Shown here: piece after piece, positions 18,146 through 27,786 of the stretch | Layout: every line of letters begins with the position of its first letter | Numbering within the stretch: position 1 is the first letter of the stretch | Made by a program: the position numbers and the translations under genes | Notes under the pieces: generated by a model | What the model was told of the DNA's origin: nothing | The model's database searches: none | The model's input: only the letters and a program-made list of their open reading frames with translations | Assembly: GCF_039927955.1 (NCBI RefSeq) | Contig: NZ_JBDSUA010000005.1 | Location: 161,171-225,170, forward strand | Direction: 5' to 3' | Origin: Devosia sp. | GTDB lineage: Bacteria > Pseudomonadota > Alphaproteobacteria > Rhizobiales > Devosiaceae | Length of the DNA stretch: 64,000 nt

Positions 18146-19315
18146 CTACAGCCCCTGCAACCGCTCCAGATGGTGATAGTCGATGCCGAAATAGGCCTTG
18201 GTCGCAGTGATCTTGTCCCGGATTACGGCGCGTTCCGCGTCGGACTTGCGGGATTTTTCGGCAACGATCAGCACGTTCTTGGGCGTATGGGCATCGGAGA
18301 TGAACTCGAACACCTTGGTCTTGTAGCCGGCTTCTTCCAGGATCAGTGACCGCAGGCCGTCGGTGACCATCTCCGCCTGCCGCTCCATGAACACACCGTG
18401 CTGGAGCAGGAAATCGAGATTGTTCCGCGCCTTGTGGCTCTCGATCTGGCGGCGGATCTGCTTGTGGCAGCAAGGCGCGACGGCGATCAGGTCAGCGCCG
18501 GCGGCGATGCCTTTGTGGATCGCATCGTCGGTGGCGGTATCGCAGGCGTGCAACGCGATGACGACATTGGCGCCGGAGCTGTCGTAATTTTCGATGGCGC
18601 CCTGCTCGAAGTGCAGATTCGAAAAACCAGACTTCTGGGCTATCTCATTGCAAAGTTTGACCATATCTGGCCGGAACTCGACACCGACGATCTCCACATC
18701 GCGCTGAACGATACTGGTGAGATAGTCGTAAAGCGCGAAAGTCAAATAGCCTTTGCCCGAACCCATATCGACGATCCTGGCCTGCCGATCGGCAGGGATC
18801 GCCTGAATCAACGGGGCAAAGATTTCGACCATCTTGTTGATCTGGCGATACTTATCCTGTGACGCGTTGAGCACACTGCCCTTGTCGTCGGTGATCTTGA
18901 GATCGTGCAGATACGGCTTGCCGGTGGGCGCGATCATGCGGTTCTTGGTGCGATCATGGTCGGTCGATGGCTCGGCGCGGCTGGCGTCCGTGCGCTTCAA
19001 CCGCAGCTTGTCGCCCTGCCGTTCGAACGCCAGATCGAAGGTCGTGGTTTCCAGCACCGCCGTGCGGAACTCCTCGGCCAGCGCCGTGCGCAGATGGCCG
19101 ATGGCTTCGGGCTGGATCAGGTTCTTGATGATGTCGCGGGTCTTGTAGTGAAAGGTGAAGCTGAACTTGTCTTCACGCTTCACCACGATCTTCTTGATGT
19201 CGATCGTTTTCAGATCAGCTTCGGTGCCGTGATAGGCGCCCAGCTTGATTTTCACCAGTGAGCCGTCGGCAAAGGCGGCCTTGGTGGCGGTCAAAAATTC
19301 TTCGATCTGGCTCAA
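18146..19315 (-). CDS. Class I SAM-dependent methyltransferase (Methyltransf_32-like)
   Basis: DKYRQIN, VDMGSGKGYLTF, ALHACDTATD, APCCH, HTPKN; TTG start overlapping the prfC stop, after AAGGAG. Confidence 0.88.
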   Translation of the reverse strand: MSQIEEFLTATKAAFADGSLVKIKLGAYHGTEADLKTIDIKKIVVKREDKFSFTFHYKTRDIIKNLIQPEAIGHLRTALAEEFRTAVLETTTFDLAFERQGDKLRLKRTDASRAEPSTDHDRTKNRMIAPTGKPYLHDLKITDDKGSVLNASQDKYRQINKMVEIFAPLIQAIPADRQARIVDMGSGKGYLTFALYDYLTSIVQRDVEIVGVEFRPDMVKLCNEIAQKSGFSNLHFEQGAIENYDSSGANVVIALHACDTATDDAIHKGIAAGADLIAVAPCCHKQIRRQIESHKARNNLDFLLQHGVFMERQAEMVTDGLRSLILEEAGYKTKVFEFISDAHTPKNVLIVAEKSRKSDAERAVIRDKITATKAYFGIDYHHLERLQGL

Positions 19316-20916
19316 TGCCGCTCCTTGGTCGCCATGAAGCGGATTTTTGGCGAATCCTGCTTGGCGCGATCGGCCCACCAGGCGTTCTGGGCGAGGAATA
19401 CCGGCGCGCCAGTGCGGTCTTCGGCAATATTGGACTTCTGGGCGGCAATGAATTGCTTCAGCGCTTCGGGATCATCGCTTTCGATCCAGCGAGCGACTTC
19501 GTAGTTGAGGCTTTCGAAGGTGATCGGCACGCCATATTCCTTGGCGACGCGGGCGCCCAGCACTTCGAGCTGCAACTGCCCCACGACGCCCACCAGCCAG
19601 TCGGCGCCGATCACGCGGCGGAATACCTGAGCGACGCCCTCTTCGGCGAGGTCCGACAGCGCCTTGGCCATCTGCTTGGACTTCATATGGTCGGTCAGGC
19701 GCACGCGGCGGATGATTTCCGGGGCGAAGTTGGGGATGCCGGTGACGTTGATCGTAGCGCCCTCGGTGAGCGTATCGCCAACGCTGAGCGTGCCGTGATT
19801 GGGGATGCCGACAATGTCGCCGGCGACGGCCTGTTCGGCCAGTTCGCGGTCATTGCCGAAAAAGAACATGGGGTTGGATACGGCCATGTCCTTTCCCGAG
19901 CGGACATTCTTGAGGCGCATGCCGCGGGTAAAGGTGCCCGAGCACAGGCGCACGAAGGCAATGCGGTCGCGGTGGTTGGCGTCCATATTCGCCTGCACCT
20001 TGAACACAAAGCCGGAGACCTTCTTGTCGGACGGTTCGATTGGCGCGGGGATTGCCGGCTGAGGGCGCGGCTCCGGGCCCCATTCACCCAGCGTGCGCAG
20101 CAGTTCGGCCACGCCGATGCCCTTGAGCGCCGAACCGAACAGCACCGGGCTGAGGTGACCGGCATGGAAGGTTTCGAGGTCAAATGGCGGCAGCATGGCC
20201 GTGGCCATTTCCAGCGTTTCGAGCGCCGTCATGAACACCGGATCATCCACCAGCGCCGCATTGTCGAGCAGATCCTCGATTGCGTCATAGTCGGTAATGA
20301 CCTTGCCCTGCGGGCTCAGCACGCGCCTTTCGAGCAGATCGAGATAGCCGTGGAAATCGACACCCTGGCCGATCGGCCAGAGGACCGGGGTGAGGTCCAG
20401 CGCCAGCTTGCTCTGGATTTCGTCGACCAGGTCAAGCGGGCTCAGGCCCTCGCGATCCACCTTGTTGATGAAGGTGATGATCGGAATGTCGCGCAGGCGG
20501 CAGACTTCGAACAGCTTCAACGTCTGTGCTTCGATGCCCTTGGCAGCGTCGATCACCATAATGGCGGCATCAACGGCGGTCAGGGTGCGATAAGTATCCT
20601 CGGAAAAGTCCGAGTGACCGGGGGTATCGAGCAGGTTGAGCGTCAGGCCGTTCAACTCGAACGTCATCACCGATGACGTAATGGAAATGCCGCGCTGCTG
20701 TTCGATTTCCATCCAGTCCGATCGGGTCGAACGCGTACCGGCTTTGCCGCGCACGGCGCCGGCCGACTGGATCGCACCAGCGGCGGCGAGCAGCCGTTCG
20801 GTCAGCGTGGTCTTGCCGGCGTCCGGGTGCGAAATGATCGCAAAGGTACGGCGCGTGCGGAACGCTTCGGCGGGCGCCTTGCGGTCATGGTCGGCGGACA
20901 GGTCGGTCATGGTCAT
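19312..20916 (-). CDS. prfC: Peptide chain release factor 3
   Basis: RRTFAIISHPDAGKTTLTE, SDWMEIEQQRGISI, DTPGHSDFSEDTYR, FKVQANMD..HRDR. Confidence 0.97.
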   Translation of the reverse strand: MTMTDLSADHDRKAPAEAFRTRRTFAIISHPDAGKTTLTERLLAAAGAIQSAGAVRGKAGTRSTRSDWMEIEQQRGISITSSVMTFELNGLTLNLLDTPGHSDFSEDTYRTLTAVDAAIMVIDAAKGIEAQTLKLFEVCRLRDIPIITFINKVDREGLSPLDLVDEIQSKLALDLTPVLWPIGQGVDFHGYLDLLERRVLSPQGKVITDYDAIEDLLDNAALVDDPVFMTALETLEMATAMLPPFDLETFHAGHLSPVLFGSALKGIGVAELLRTLGEWGPEPRPQPAIPAPIEPSDKKVSGFVFKVQANMDANHRDRIAFVRLCSGTFTRGMRLKNVRSGKDMAVSNPMFFFGNDRELAEQAVAGDIVGIPNHGTLSVGDTLTEGATINVTGIPNFAPEIIRRVRLTDHMKSKQMAKALSDLAEEGVAQVFRRVIGADWLVGVVGQLQLEVLGARVAKEYGVPITFESLNYEVARWIESDDPEALKQFIAAQKSNIAEDRTGAPVFLAQNAWWADRAKQDSPKIRFMATKERH

Positions 20917-21007
20917 TGAAATGCGGAAGCCTGAAGGTGTGCAGCCGCTCTATATAAGGCGCGACCACAGCTTTACATCGAAAAAGGCGGAAAATGCCGG
21001 TGCCGCT

Positions 21008-21844
21008 CTATAGGCTTTTGACCCTTGGCGCGTCAAACGACGCCTGCGCGAGCGGCAGGTTGAGGGCAAAGCCGGCGGGCAGGATTTGTGGCTTGCCCAG
21101 GTAATAGCCCTGAAACAGCGTTGCTCCAACATGGTGGGCGATGTCGAGTTGCTCGGCGGTTTCGATGCCTTCCACCAGCACCGTGGCGCTGTCCTCACGG
21201 AAAGTGCGCAGCATGGTGCGCAGCATCTTGATCCGCCGCGGATCGGTAGCCATGTCGCGGAACAGGTCACCATCGACCTTGACCACGTCGGGCTGCATCG
21301 ATCGGTAGCGGTCGATGCCGGAACGGCCAGCGCCAAAATCATCGATGGCCAATTGCGCCCCGTGGCTGCGCAACATATCCCACAGGCGCTGCATTGCGGT
21401 TTCGCTCAGCGCCTCGGTTTCAATCACCTCGCAAACCAGCATCTGCGGACTGAGACCGTATTTGTGCAGCATCGAGAACATCAAGGCGAATTCCCGCTCC
21501 ACCACGTCGATCGACGCGTAGGTCGATGGATCGATGTTGATGAACAGGAATTCGGCAATTGGCACGGCTTGCAGGAAATTGCGCAGGTGCAGCACCCGGC
21601 ACATCGATTCCACGAACAGCCGGTCCGGCGCATCGATATTGGCAAACAGCTCACCGGGGGAAACCGGTTGTCCGGCGCGCCTGGGGCGGATCAACCCTTC
21701 ATAGGCGACCAATTGCAGTCCGTCGGCGGCAAGCCCATAAATCGGTTGGAAGGCGCTGTTGAGGCTGAGATCGCTGTACTTCCCGACATGCAGGCCGGAC
21801 GGCAATGTGGCTATGGCGTCGGACACATCTTGCGGACGCTGCAT
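21008..21844 (-). CDS. Stand-alone EAL-domain c-di-GMP phosphodiesterase
   Basis: AFQPI, YEGLIR, LFIN, DDFGAG, VVKVD, VEGIET, FQGY motifs present. Confidence 0.9.
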   Translation of the reverse strand: MQRPQDVSDAIATLPSGLHVGKYSDLSLNSAFQPIYGLAADGLQLVAYEGLIRPRRAGQPVSPGELFANIDAPDRLFVESMCRVLHLRNFLQAVPIAEFLFINIDPSTYASIDVVEREFALMFSMLHKYGLSPQMLVCEVIETEALSETAMQRLWDMLRSHGAQLAIDDFGAGRSGIDRYRSMQPDVVKVDGDLFRDMATDPRRIKMLRTMLRTFREDSATVLVEGIETAEQLDIAHHVGATLFQGYYLGKPQILPAGFALNLPLAQASFDAPRVKSL

Positions 21845-21859
21845 CGAGGTCTCTGAGAC

Positions 21860-22252
21860 TCAGGCGGGCTCGTTCTTGAGCATGCCGGTAATGAATACCC
21901 CGACCTCTTCGACGGCGATAGCAATATCAGCGACCTGTTCAGGCGTCACCGGACGACCAGCGCGCAGCTCATTTTCGGCACGCTTGGCCATATCGGCAAT
22001 GCCGAACGCCCCAACGCCTGAGGATGCCCCTTTAAGCGAATGCAGGTTGATCACCAGCTCGTCAAACGTCGTCGCCAGCTTGAGCCGGCTGATATAGGTT
22101 TTGATGGTGGTATCGTAGAGCCGCAACACTTCGAGCTCGAGATTGGCATCACCCAGACACTGCTTGGCCAGATGCACCAGGTCGATCGGGCGATCCGGTC
22201 GCGCCGGACTGGGAGAATGGGCATTTTCGAGAGCTGCGGAGCCGCGTGCCAT
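21860..22252 (-). CDS. Hpt (histidine phosphotransfer) domain protein
   Basis: RPIDLVHLAKQCLGD.NLELEVL, HSLKGASSGVGA. Confidence 0.88.
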   Translation of the reverse strand: MARGSAALENAHSPSPARPDRPIDLVHLAKQCLGDANLELEVLRLYDTTIKTYISRLKLATTFDELVINLHSLKGASSGVGAFGIADMAKRAENELRAGRPVTPEQVADIAIAVEEVGVFITGMLKNEPA

Positions 22253-22330
22253 TGGGTGTTTCCCTGAATGAACGCGGAGCCAATCCGGCCTGTGGACAAA
22301 TTCCGCTGTATCGAACCTAGAACGTCCGGG

Positions 22331-22415
22331 TGAACAGGTGATTAAGCCACACCTTTGCCGTTCTTTGCAGTTTGGGTTCATCAGTTCCTCACCGGAAAAA
22401 TTAACCTTTGGGTAA
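22331..22415. promoter_or_regulatory. Two putative CtrA boxes
   Basis: TGAA-N7-TTAA (22331-22345) and TTAA-N7-GTAA (22401-22415), one mismatch each to TTAA-N7-TTAA. Confidence 0.5.
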
Positions 22416-22615
22416 GAAAGCGTTCGGTTTGGTTCAATTTGAATGTATTAATGCAGACTAACCAGCGCGCGGCGGCGTGGGTTGAGGGGGCAATGCGGGG
22501 CTTTTGCATCCAATTGTACCTATTTGGCGGAGACCCCGGAAACGGGCGGTCTGTCATAACAACTCGCGCTTGCCGCACAGTCGCAATCAGGCCGACGCGA
22601 GAGTTGTAAAGAGTT

Positions 22616-25600
22616 ATGGCGAACAATCCGACCTCCCCTGCTAACGATCCCGCGGCGCTGGCTTTCTCAGCAGTCGAGGACGCTCTCAAGGACTCGGTCT
22701 TCAATCTCGATAGTCCGACCCAGGCTCCCGCTGACAAGCGCGCTGCAGAGCAGCCGCGCTCCGAGCGTCTGCGCGCTGCTGACAAGATCGCGGCGCAGGC
22801 CGGCTCGGTCGCCAACGACGACCGGTTCCCCACTTCCAAGCTGCTCTACAACCTGCAGAACAAATCCTCCAATGCGCCGACCTGGATCGCGCTGGTGCTG
22901 TCGCTGGTCTGGCTGGCCGCCACTGGCGTGTCTGGTTATCTGCGCTATCAGGAACAGCTCAAGAGCTTCGGCAGTTTTGTCGGGACCATTGATTTTATCA
23001 GCCTGCTCGCTGTCATGGTACTGCCGGTGCTGGGTTTCTTCGGCATTGCCACGTTGTTCCGCCGCGCCCAGGACCTGCGCAACGCTGCCTCCTCGATCAC
23101 CCAGGCCGCTATCCGCCTGGCCGAGCCGGAGATCACCGCATCGGACAAGGTTGCCTCGGTCGGCCAGGCCGTGCGCCGCGAAGTCAACGCGCTGGGCGAC
23201 GGTCTGGAACGCGCCCTGTCGCGCGCTGGCGAGCTCGAAGTGATGATCCACAATGAGGTCACCGCGCTTGAGCGGACCTATTCGGATAACGAATCGCGCA
23301 TGCGCTCGCTGATCGCCGAACTGGCCAGCCAGCGCGAAAGCGTTCTGACCAATACCGAGCGCGTCCGCGAAGCCATAACCGAGAGCCATACCGGCCTGGT
23401 GTTCGATCTCGACATGATCAGCCAGCGCATCGCCGGTACCATCGTCGATAGCGGCGGCAACCTCACCAAGGCGCTCGAAACGGCCGGCAATACGTTGAGT
23501 TCGTCCTTTGGCGACCGCACCGAAAGTTTTGTGTCGCTGATCGACAACCGTACTGGCGATTTCCTGTCGGCCCTCGACGATAGCGCGGGCCGCTTGTCGT
23601 TGACCTTCGAGGACCACACGGCCTCGATGTCGCGCAATTTCGAGAACCGCCAGTTGGAACTGTCGTCCACCATCGACAGCCGCATGACTGCATTGACCGA
23701 AGCGCTCGATACCCGCGCTGCCGACATTTCCGGCGCCATCGCGGACCGCACCACCGCGCTGTCCAACCTGCTGACCGATGGCGGCACCGCCCTGCTCGAC
23801 CAGTTGCGCGACCGCGGCCATGAAGTCAGCGGCGCGCTCGACATGATCGGCACCCGCATTGCCAGCGACATCAGTGGTCGCTCGCGTGAAGCCGAAGTGC
23901 TGCTTAGCGCCCTGACCCGTCAGCTCGACGAAAGCGTCTCGATCCAGCTCAATGCCATGGATAGCCGCCTGCAATCAGCGCTGATCGAAATCAACGGCGC
24001 ACTGGACGACACCTCCGAACGCGCCCGCATCACCCTGTCGTCTGCCGGCTCGGATTCGCTGTCGCTGTTCGATGGCCGCCTCACTGAAATCTCGGAATTG
24101 CTCGACAGCCGCCTGCACACCCTGGATGGCGTCATTGGCGACAAGGGTGACAAGCTGATCGAAGCGCTTAATACGCACGGTTCAAACTTCACCACCCGCG
24201 CCAACGTACTGGAAATGGCGCTCGATGAGCAGTCCGGCCGGTTCAGCGAAGTTGTGGCGCAGCGCACCCGCGAAATCGGGGAAACCCTGGGCGGGCACAC
24301 CCAGCAGCTGACCGACACCATCGGGGAACAAACCCGCCTGATGGACGAAGCACTTGGCAATCGCACGCAGCGCATTACCCAGACGATTGGCGAGCGCACC
24401 CGCGAGATCGTTGATTCGCTCGAAGGCCATACCGAGATCATCGCCGAAGCGCTCGATGGCCGCACCCAGCATCTGGATCAGGTACTGACGACGCGCACCA
24501 CCGATTTGAGCACGTCGTTCGAAACCCACGCCCGTTCGCTCGACGAAAGCATTCGCGTTCGTTCTCAGGAACTGGGCGCCGCCCTTTCGGGCAGCACCGA
24601 AGCGTTCGACAAGGCCATCACCAGCGGCACCCAGCAGTTGGCAACCACTGTCAACACCCGCACGCAGCAGCTATCGGAAGCGCTGGGGAGCCGGACCGAG
24701 CAGCTTTCCGACGTTTTGGGCAACCGCACCGAGCAGCTCGCCAACGTGCTGGCGACCCATACTGCCGGCATTTCCGACGCCATTGGCGAGCGCACCAGCG
24801 AATTGGCCAGCACCATCGAAGCGCAGGGCAACACCGCCCGTGAACGCATCGATGCGTCGCTGCGCAGCGTCACCGACACCATGGCCAGCCATGTCGACAC
24901 CATGTCGGGGGTCATCGGCACCAAGGTTGGCGAGTTCAACGCCAATCTGGCCGGCGGCATCGATACCGCCATTGTCCGAATTTCGGACGCCGAAACCGGC
25001 CTCAGCGGCCGTATCGACGCGGCCACAGCAACCGTCAGCGATAGCGCCCGCAAGGCTGCCGACCTGATCGAAAGCGGCGTCAATTCGGCGCGCAAGGCGA
25101 TCACCGATATGGTCGATCAGCGCCTGGGCACCCTGCCCGAGGCGATCACGGCCCGTGCCGACATCACCGCCGAGCGCCTCGCCGCACTCAATGCCTCGAT
25201 CAATACCTCGATCACTCAGTCGATGGCCGATCTCGAATCGGGTGCCGACCGCATCGAGGAAACCATCGCGACACGCCTGGTGGCTGCGACGACCAGCATC
25301 ACCAATGATGTTACCAACACCGCCAACCGCATGGATCTGGCAGTGCGCAACGCGCTGGAGCAGATCCAGATCGCCGGTGCCAGCATCGACCAGATCGTCT
25401 CGGTCAAGGCCGTCAATACGGCTGACAGCATTGCCAAGCGCATGTCCGAGATCAACAGCGCGGTCACCGAGCAGACCAATACCTTTGCGGCCCTGGTCAG
25501 CGATAAGTCCGACCAGTTGCAGATCGCCCTGCTCAGCCACGGCAATATCCTGCGCGATGCCCTGGGCGAAACCGCCCGCGAAGCCGAAGGCATCATGTCG

Positions 25601-27541
25601 GTGTCGACCTCGCGCATCCTCAGCGACGTCAGCACCGCTCTGGGCAAGTTGAACGATAGCAACCTGCTGCTGCAGCGCGTGCTCGAGGCGTCGACCTCCA
25701 ATCTGGCCCACCTGGAATCCAGCGTCGCCCAGCAGACCGCGACCTACTCCACCACCGTGCGCGACGCCATCGGCCAGACCGAAGAAGCCGGCACCATGGT
25801 CAGCCAGCACGTCAACGCCCTGCAGGCCACCATCCAGTCGATGGTCCGCGAATTCTCGGGCATGCTCGGCAAGCTCGATGCCGAAACGGTCAGCATCGGC
25901 AGCGCCGCACAGGCCTTGTCCAACACTGGCGGTTTTGCGCTTGAAACGCTGGAAGAACGCCGCAATGCCATGGACGCGCTGGCCAGCAGCTTTGCCGCCC
26001 GCGCCGACGATATCGACGGCCGCATGCGCATGTTCGCACAGTCGATTGCCGATACCGTCAACGACACCGAACGTCGCCTGATCGGCGCTCGTCGGGCCAT
26101 GGACGAGGCATTGTCGGCCACGTCGAGCACCGTCACCGATACCCTGACGGCAACGACGACGACGATCACCGACGCGCTCAACGCCAATGCCGACAAGGTC
26201 AATGACGCGCTGTATCTGAATTCGGAACGAGTCAGCAATACGTTGACCACGACCAGTTCGCAGGTCGATGCGGCCATGCTGCGCGCCAGCGATGCGGCGG
26301 CGTCGGCACTCAACCAGACCAGCAACGTCGTTGCCAACGCACTGGCCAAGAACACCGCGCAGGTTAATGCTGCCCTGACTGAAACCAGCGATCGCGTTGG
26401 CGATGTGCTGTCGGCCACCGCCGGCAACGTCACCGATGTGCTCAATTCAACCACCGGCACACTGGCCAACACCATCAGCGACAGCTCCATGTCGGTGAAG
26501 AACGCCGTGCTGGCGCAGGCTGGCACGCTGCGCCAGGCGCTCGACCAGACCAGCGCCGAAGTAACCGCTCGCCTTGGCGACTTCCACGAGACCGCCGATG
26601 CGGAAGGCCAGCGCGCCAATGCTGCCCTGCGTGCCGCACAGCAGGCCATGATGGCTGAAATGCAGCGTGCCATCGAGGAAGCCACGGCGCGCTTCAACGA
26701 CACCGCCAGCGCCATGCGCGACACGGCGCGCGAAGTGGGCTCTGAGCTGGAAGCGACGCGCTCGGAACTGATGCGGGGCGTCGCCGAACTGCCCGAAGAA
26801 ACCCGCGCCAGCGCCGCTGCCATGCGCCGTGTGGTGGCCGAGCAGATCGAGGCCTTGTCCGAACTCAACGCCATCGTTCGCTCCCAGCCTGCCACCAACG
26901 ACATCAATACCAGCCGCACCCCGCAGCGTCCGCCTGCACCGCGCCAGGAAGCGCCGCGCTACGAGCAGCCGCGTCCCGAACCGCAGATCCAGCGCCCGGT
27001 CGAAACCTACCGTTCGGAACCGGCGCCGGAACCAGTGCGCCAGCCAGAACCCGTGCGGACCGCGCCGCCCCGTCAGGCAGCCCCGGCTCCAGTCCCACAG
27101 CGGCAGGGTTCAGAGACCGTCGTCGCCGAACAGGGTCAGGAAAATGGCGGCTGGCTGCGTGACGTTCTGCGCAATGCCACCGCCAAGCAGGCGACCACGC
27201 AGCAGGCCAGCCTCTCCGGGCTGACCGAGGAAATCGCTCGCTCGATCGATGATGGCGCATTGGCGGAAGCCTGGGCCCGCTATCAGGCTGGCGAAGCCAA
27301 TGTGTTCTCGCGCCGCATCTACACCCTGTCCGGCCAGGGCACTTATGACGAAGTGCGCAAGAAGCTACAGCGCGAACCTGAATTCGCCCGCACTGCGCAG
27401 GCCTATATGACCGAGTTCGAACAACTGCTGAAGCGCGCTGTTGCCGGTCCCAATGGCGCCGCCGAAACCCGCGAATACCTGCTGTCGGATCGCGGCAAGG
27501 TCTATACGACACTCGCCCATGCCAGCGGACGGCTGAACTAA
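22616..27541 (+). CDS. Large apolipoprotein-repeat membrane protein, growth pole ring protein GPR/RgsE-like
   Basis: Two N-terminal TM, RLAEPE...AVRREV...LEVMIHNEVTALERTY, long 11/22-residue amphipathic repeats, Pro-rich linker, C-terminal SDRGKVYTTLAHASGRL. Confidence 0.8.
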   Translation: MANNPTSPANDPAALAFSAVEDALKDSVFNLDSPTQAPADKRAAEQPRSERLRAADKIAAQAGSVANDDRFPTSKLLYNLQNKSSNAPTWIALVLSLVWLAATGVSGYLRYQEQLKSFGSFVGTIDFISLLAVMVLPVLGFFGIATLFRRAQDLRNAASSITQAAIRLAEPEITASDKVASVGQAVRREVNALGDGLERALSRAGELEVMIHNEVTALERTYSDNESRMRSLIAELASQRESVLTNTERVREAITESHTGLVFDLDMISQRIAGTIVDSGGNLTKALETAGNTLSSSFGDRTESFVSLIDNRTGDFLSALDDSAGRLSLTFEDHTASMSRNFENRQLELSSTIDSRMTALTEALDTRAADISGAIADRTTALSNLLTDGGTALLDQLRDRGHEVSGALDMIGTRIASDISGRSREAEVLLSALTRQLDESVSIQLNAMDSRLQSALIEINGALDDTSERARITLSSAGSDSLSLFDGRLTEISELLDSRLHTLDGVIGDKGDKLIEALNTHGSNFTTRANVLEMALDEQSGRFSEVVAQRTREIGETLGGHTQQLTDTIGEQTRLMDEALGNRTQRITQTIGERTREIVDSLEGHTEIIAEALDGRTQHLDQVLTTRTTDLSTSFETHARSLDESIRVRSQELGAALSGSTEAFDKAITSGTQQLATTVNTRTQQLSEALGSRTEQLSDVLGNRTEQLANVLATHTAGISDAIGERTSELASTIEAQGNTARERIDASLRSVTDTMASHVDTMSGVIGTKVGEFNANLAGGIDTAIVRISDAETGLSGRIDAATATVSDSARKAADLIESGVNSARKAITDMVDQRLGTLPEAITARADITAERLAALNASINTSITQSMADLESGADRIEETIATRLVAATTSITNDVTNTANRMDLAVRNALEQIQIAGASIDQIVSVKAVNTADSIAKRMSEINSAVTEQTNTFAALVSDKSDQLQIALLSHGNILRDALGETAREAEGIMSVSTSRILSDVSTALGKLNDSNLLLQRVLEASTSNLAHLESSVAQQTATYSTTVRDAIGQTEEAGTMVSQHVNALQATIQSMVREFSGMLGKLDAETVSIGSAAQALSNTGGFALETLEERRNAMDALASSFAARADDIDGRMRMFAQSIADTVNDTERRLIGARRAMDEALSATSSTVTDTLTATTTTITDALNANADKVNDALYLNSERVSNTLTTTSSQVDAAMLRASDAAASALNQTSNVVANALAKNTAQVNAALTETSDRVGDVLSATAGNVTDVLNSTTGTLANTISDSSMSVKNAVLAQAGTLRQALDQTSAEVTARLGDFHETADAEGQRANAALRAAQQAMMAEMQRAIEEATARFNDTASAMRDTAREVGSELEATRSELMRGVAELPEETRASAAAMRRVVAEQIEALSELNAIVRSQPATNDINTSRTPQRPPAPRQEAPRYEQPRPEPQIQRPVETYRSEPAPEPVRQPEPVRTAPPRQAAPAPVPQRQGSETVVAEQGQENGGWLRDVLRNATAKQATTQQASLSGLTEEIARSIDDGALAEAWARYQAGEANVFSRRIYTLSGQGTYDEVRKKLQREPEFARTAQAYMTEFEQLLKRAVAGPNGAAETREYLLSDRGKVYTTLAHASGRLN

Positions 27542-27561
27542 GTTTTGGTTCGCTGAATTGC

Positions 27562-27595
27562 AAAGCCCCGCAGAAATGCGGGGCTTTTTGTTTTT
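27562..27595 (+). terminator. Rho-independent terminator
   Basis: AAAGCCCCGCA-GAAA-TGCGGGGCTTT followed by TTGTTTTT. Confidence 0.9.
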
Positions 27596-27618
27596 AGGGT
27601 GTTGGGTAAGAGTGGGCG

Positions 27619-27730
27619 CTCTCTTCCCCACGCTCGACGCTTGCCACGGGCTTGACCCGTTGACCACTCGCAGCAATTGCGCGACCAAAGAGAGGCCCTC
27701 AGGTCGAACCCGAGGGAAGCGGGGGAGAGA
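27619..27730. repeat. Degenerate REP-like composite element
   Basis: Outer CTCTCTTCCCC/GGGGGAGAGA pairing enclosing ACGGGCTTGACCCGT and CCCTCAGGTCGAACCCGAGGG hairpins. Confidence 0.55.
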
Positions 27731-27786
27731 TTGGTAGGCGTTGGAGACATGGCGATAGACGTGCCCTCCCGCGCCAACAATCAACC

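Noticed and set aside
13785-26919. Many long antisense ORFs (e.g. 13785-15056, 19258-20676, 22667-23974, 24671-25810)
   Set aside because: Shadow frames of high-GC genes with clear homologs on the opposite strand.
22616-27541. Phage tape-measure or chemoreceptor interpretation of the 1641-aa protein
   Set aside because: No phage genes nearby, no MCP hairpin motif; termini fit the rhizobial GPR/RgsE family.
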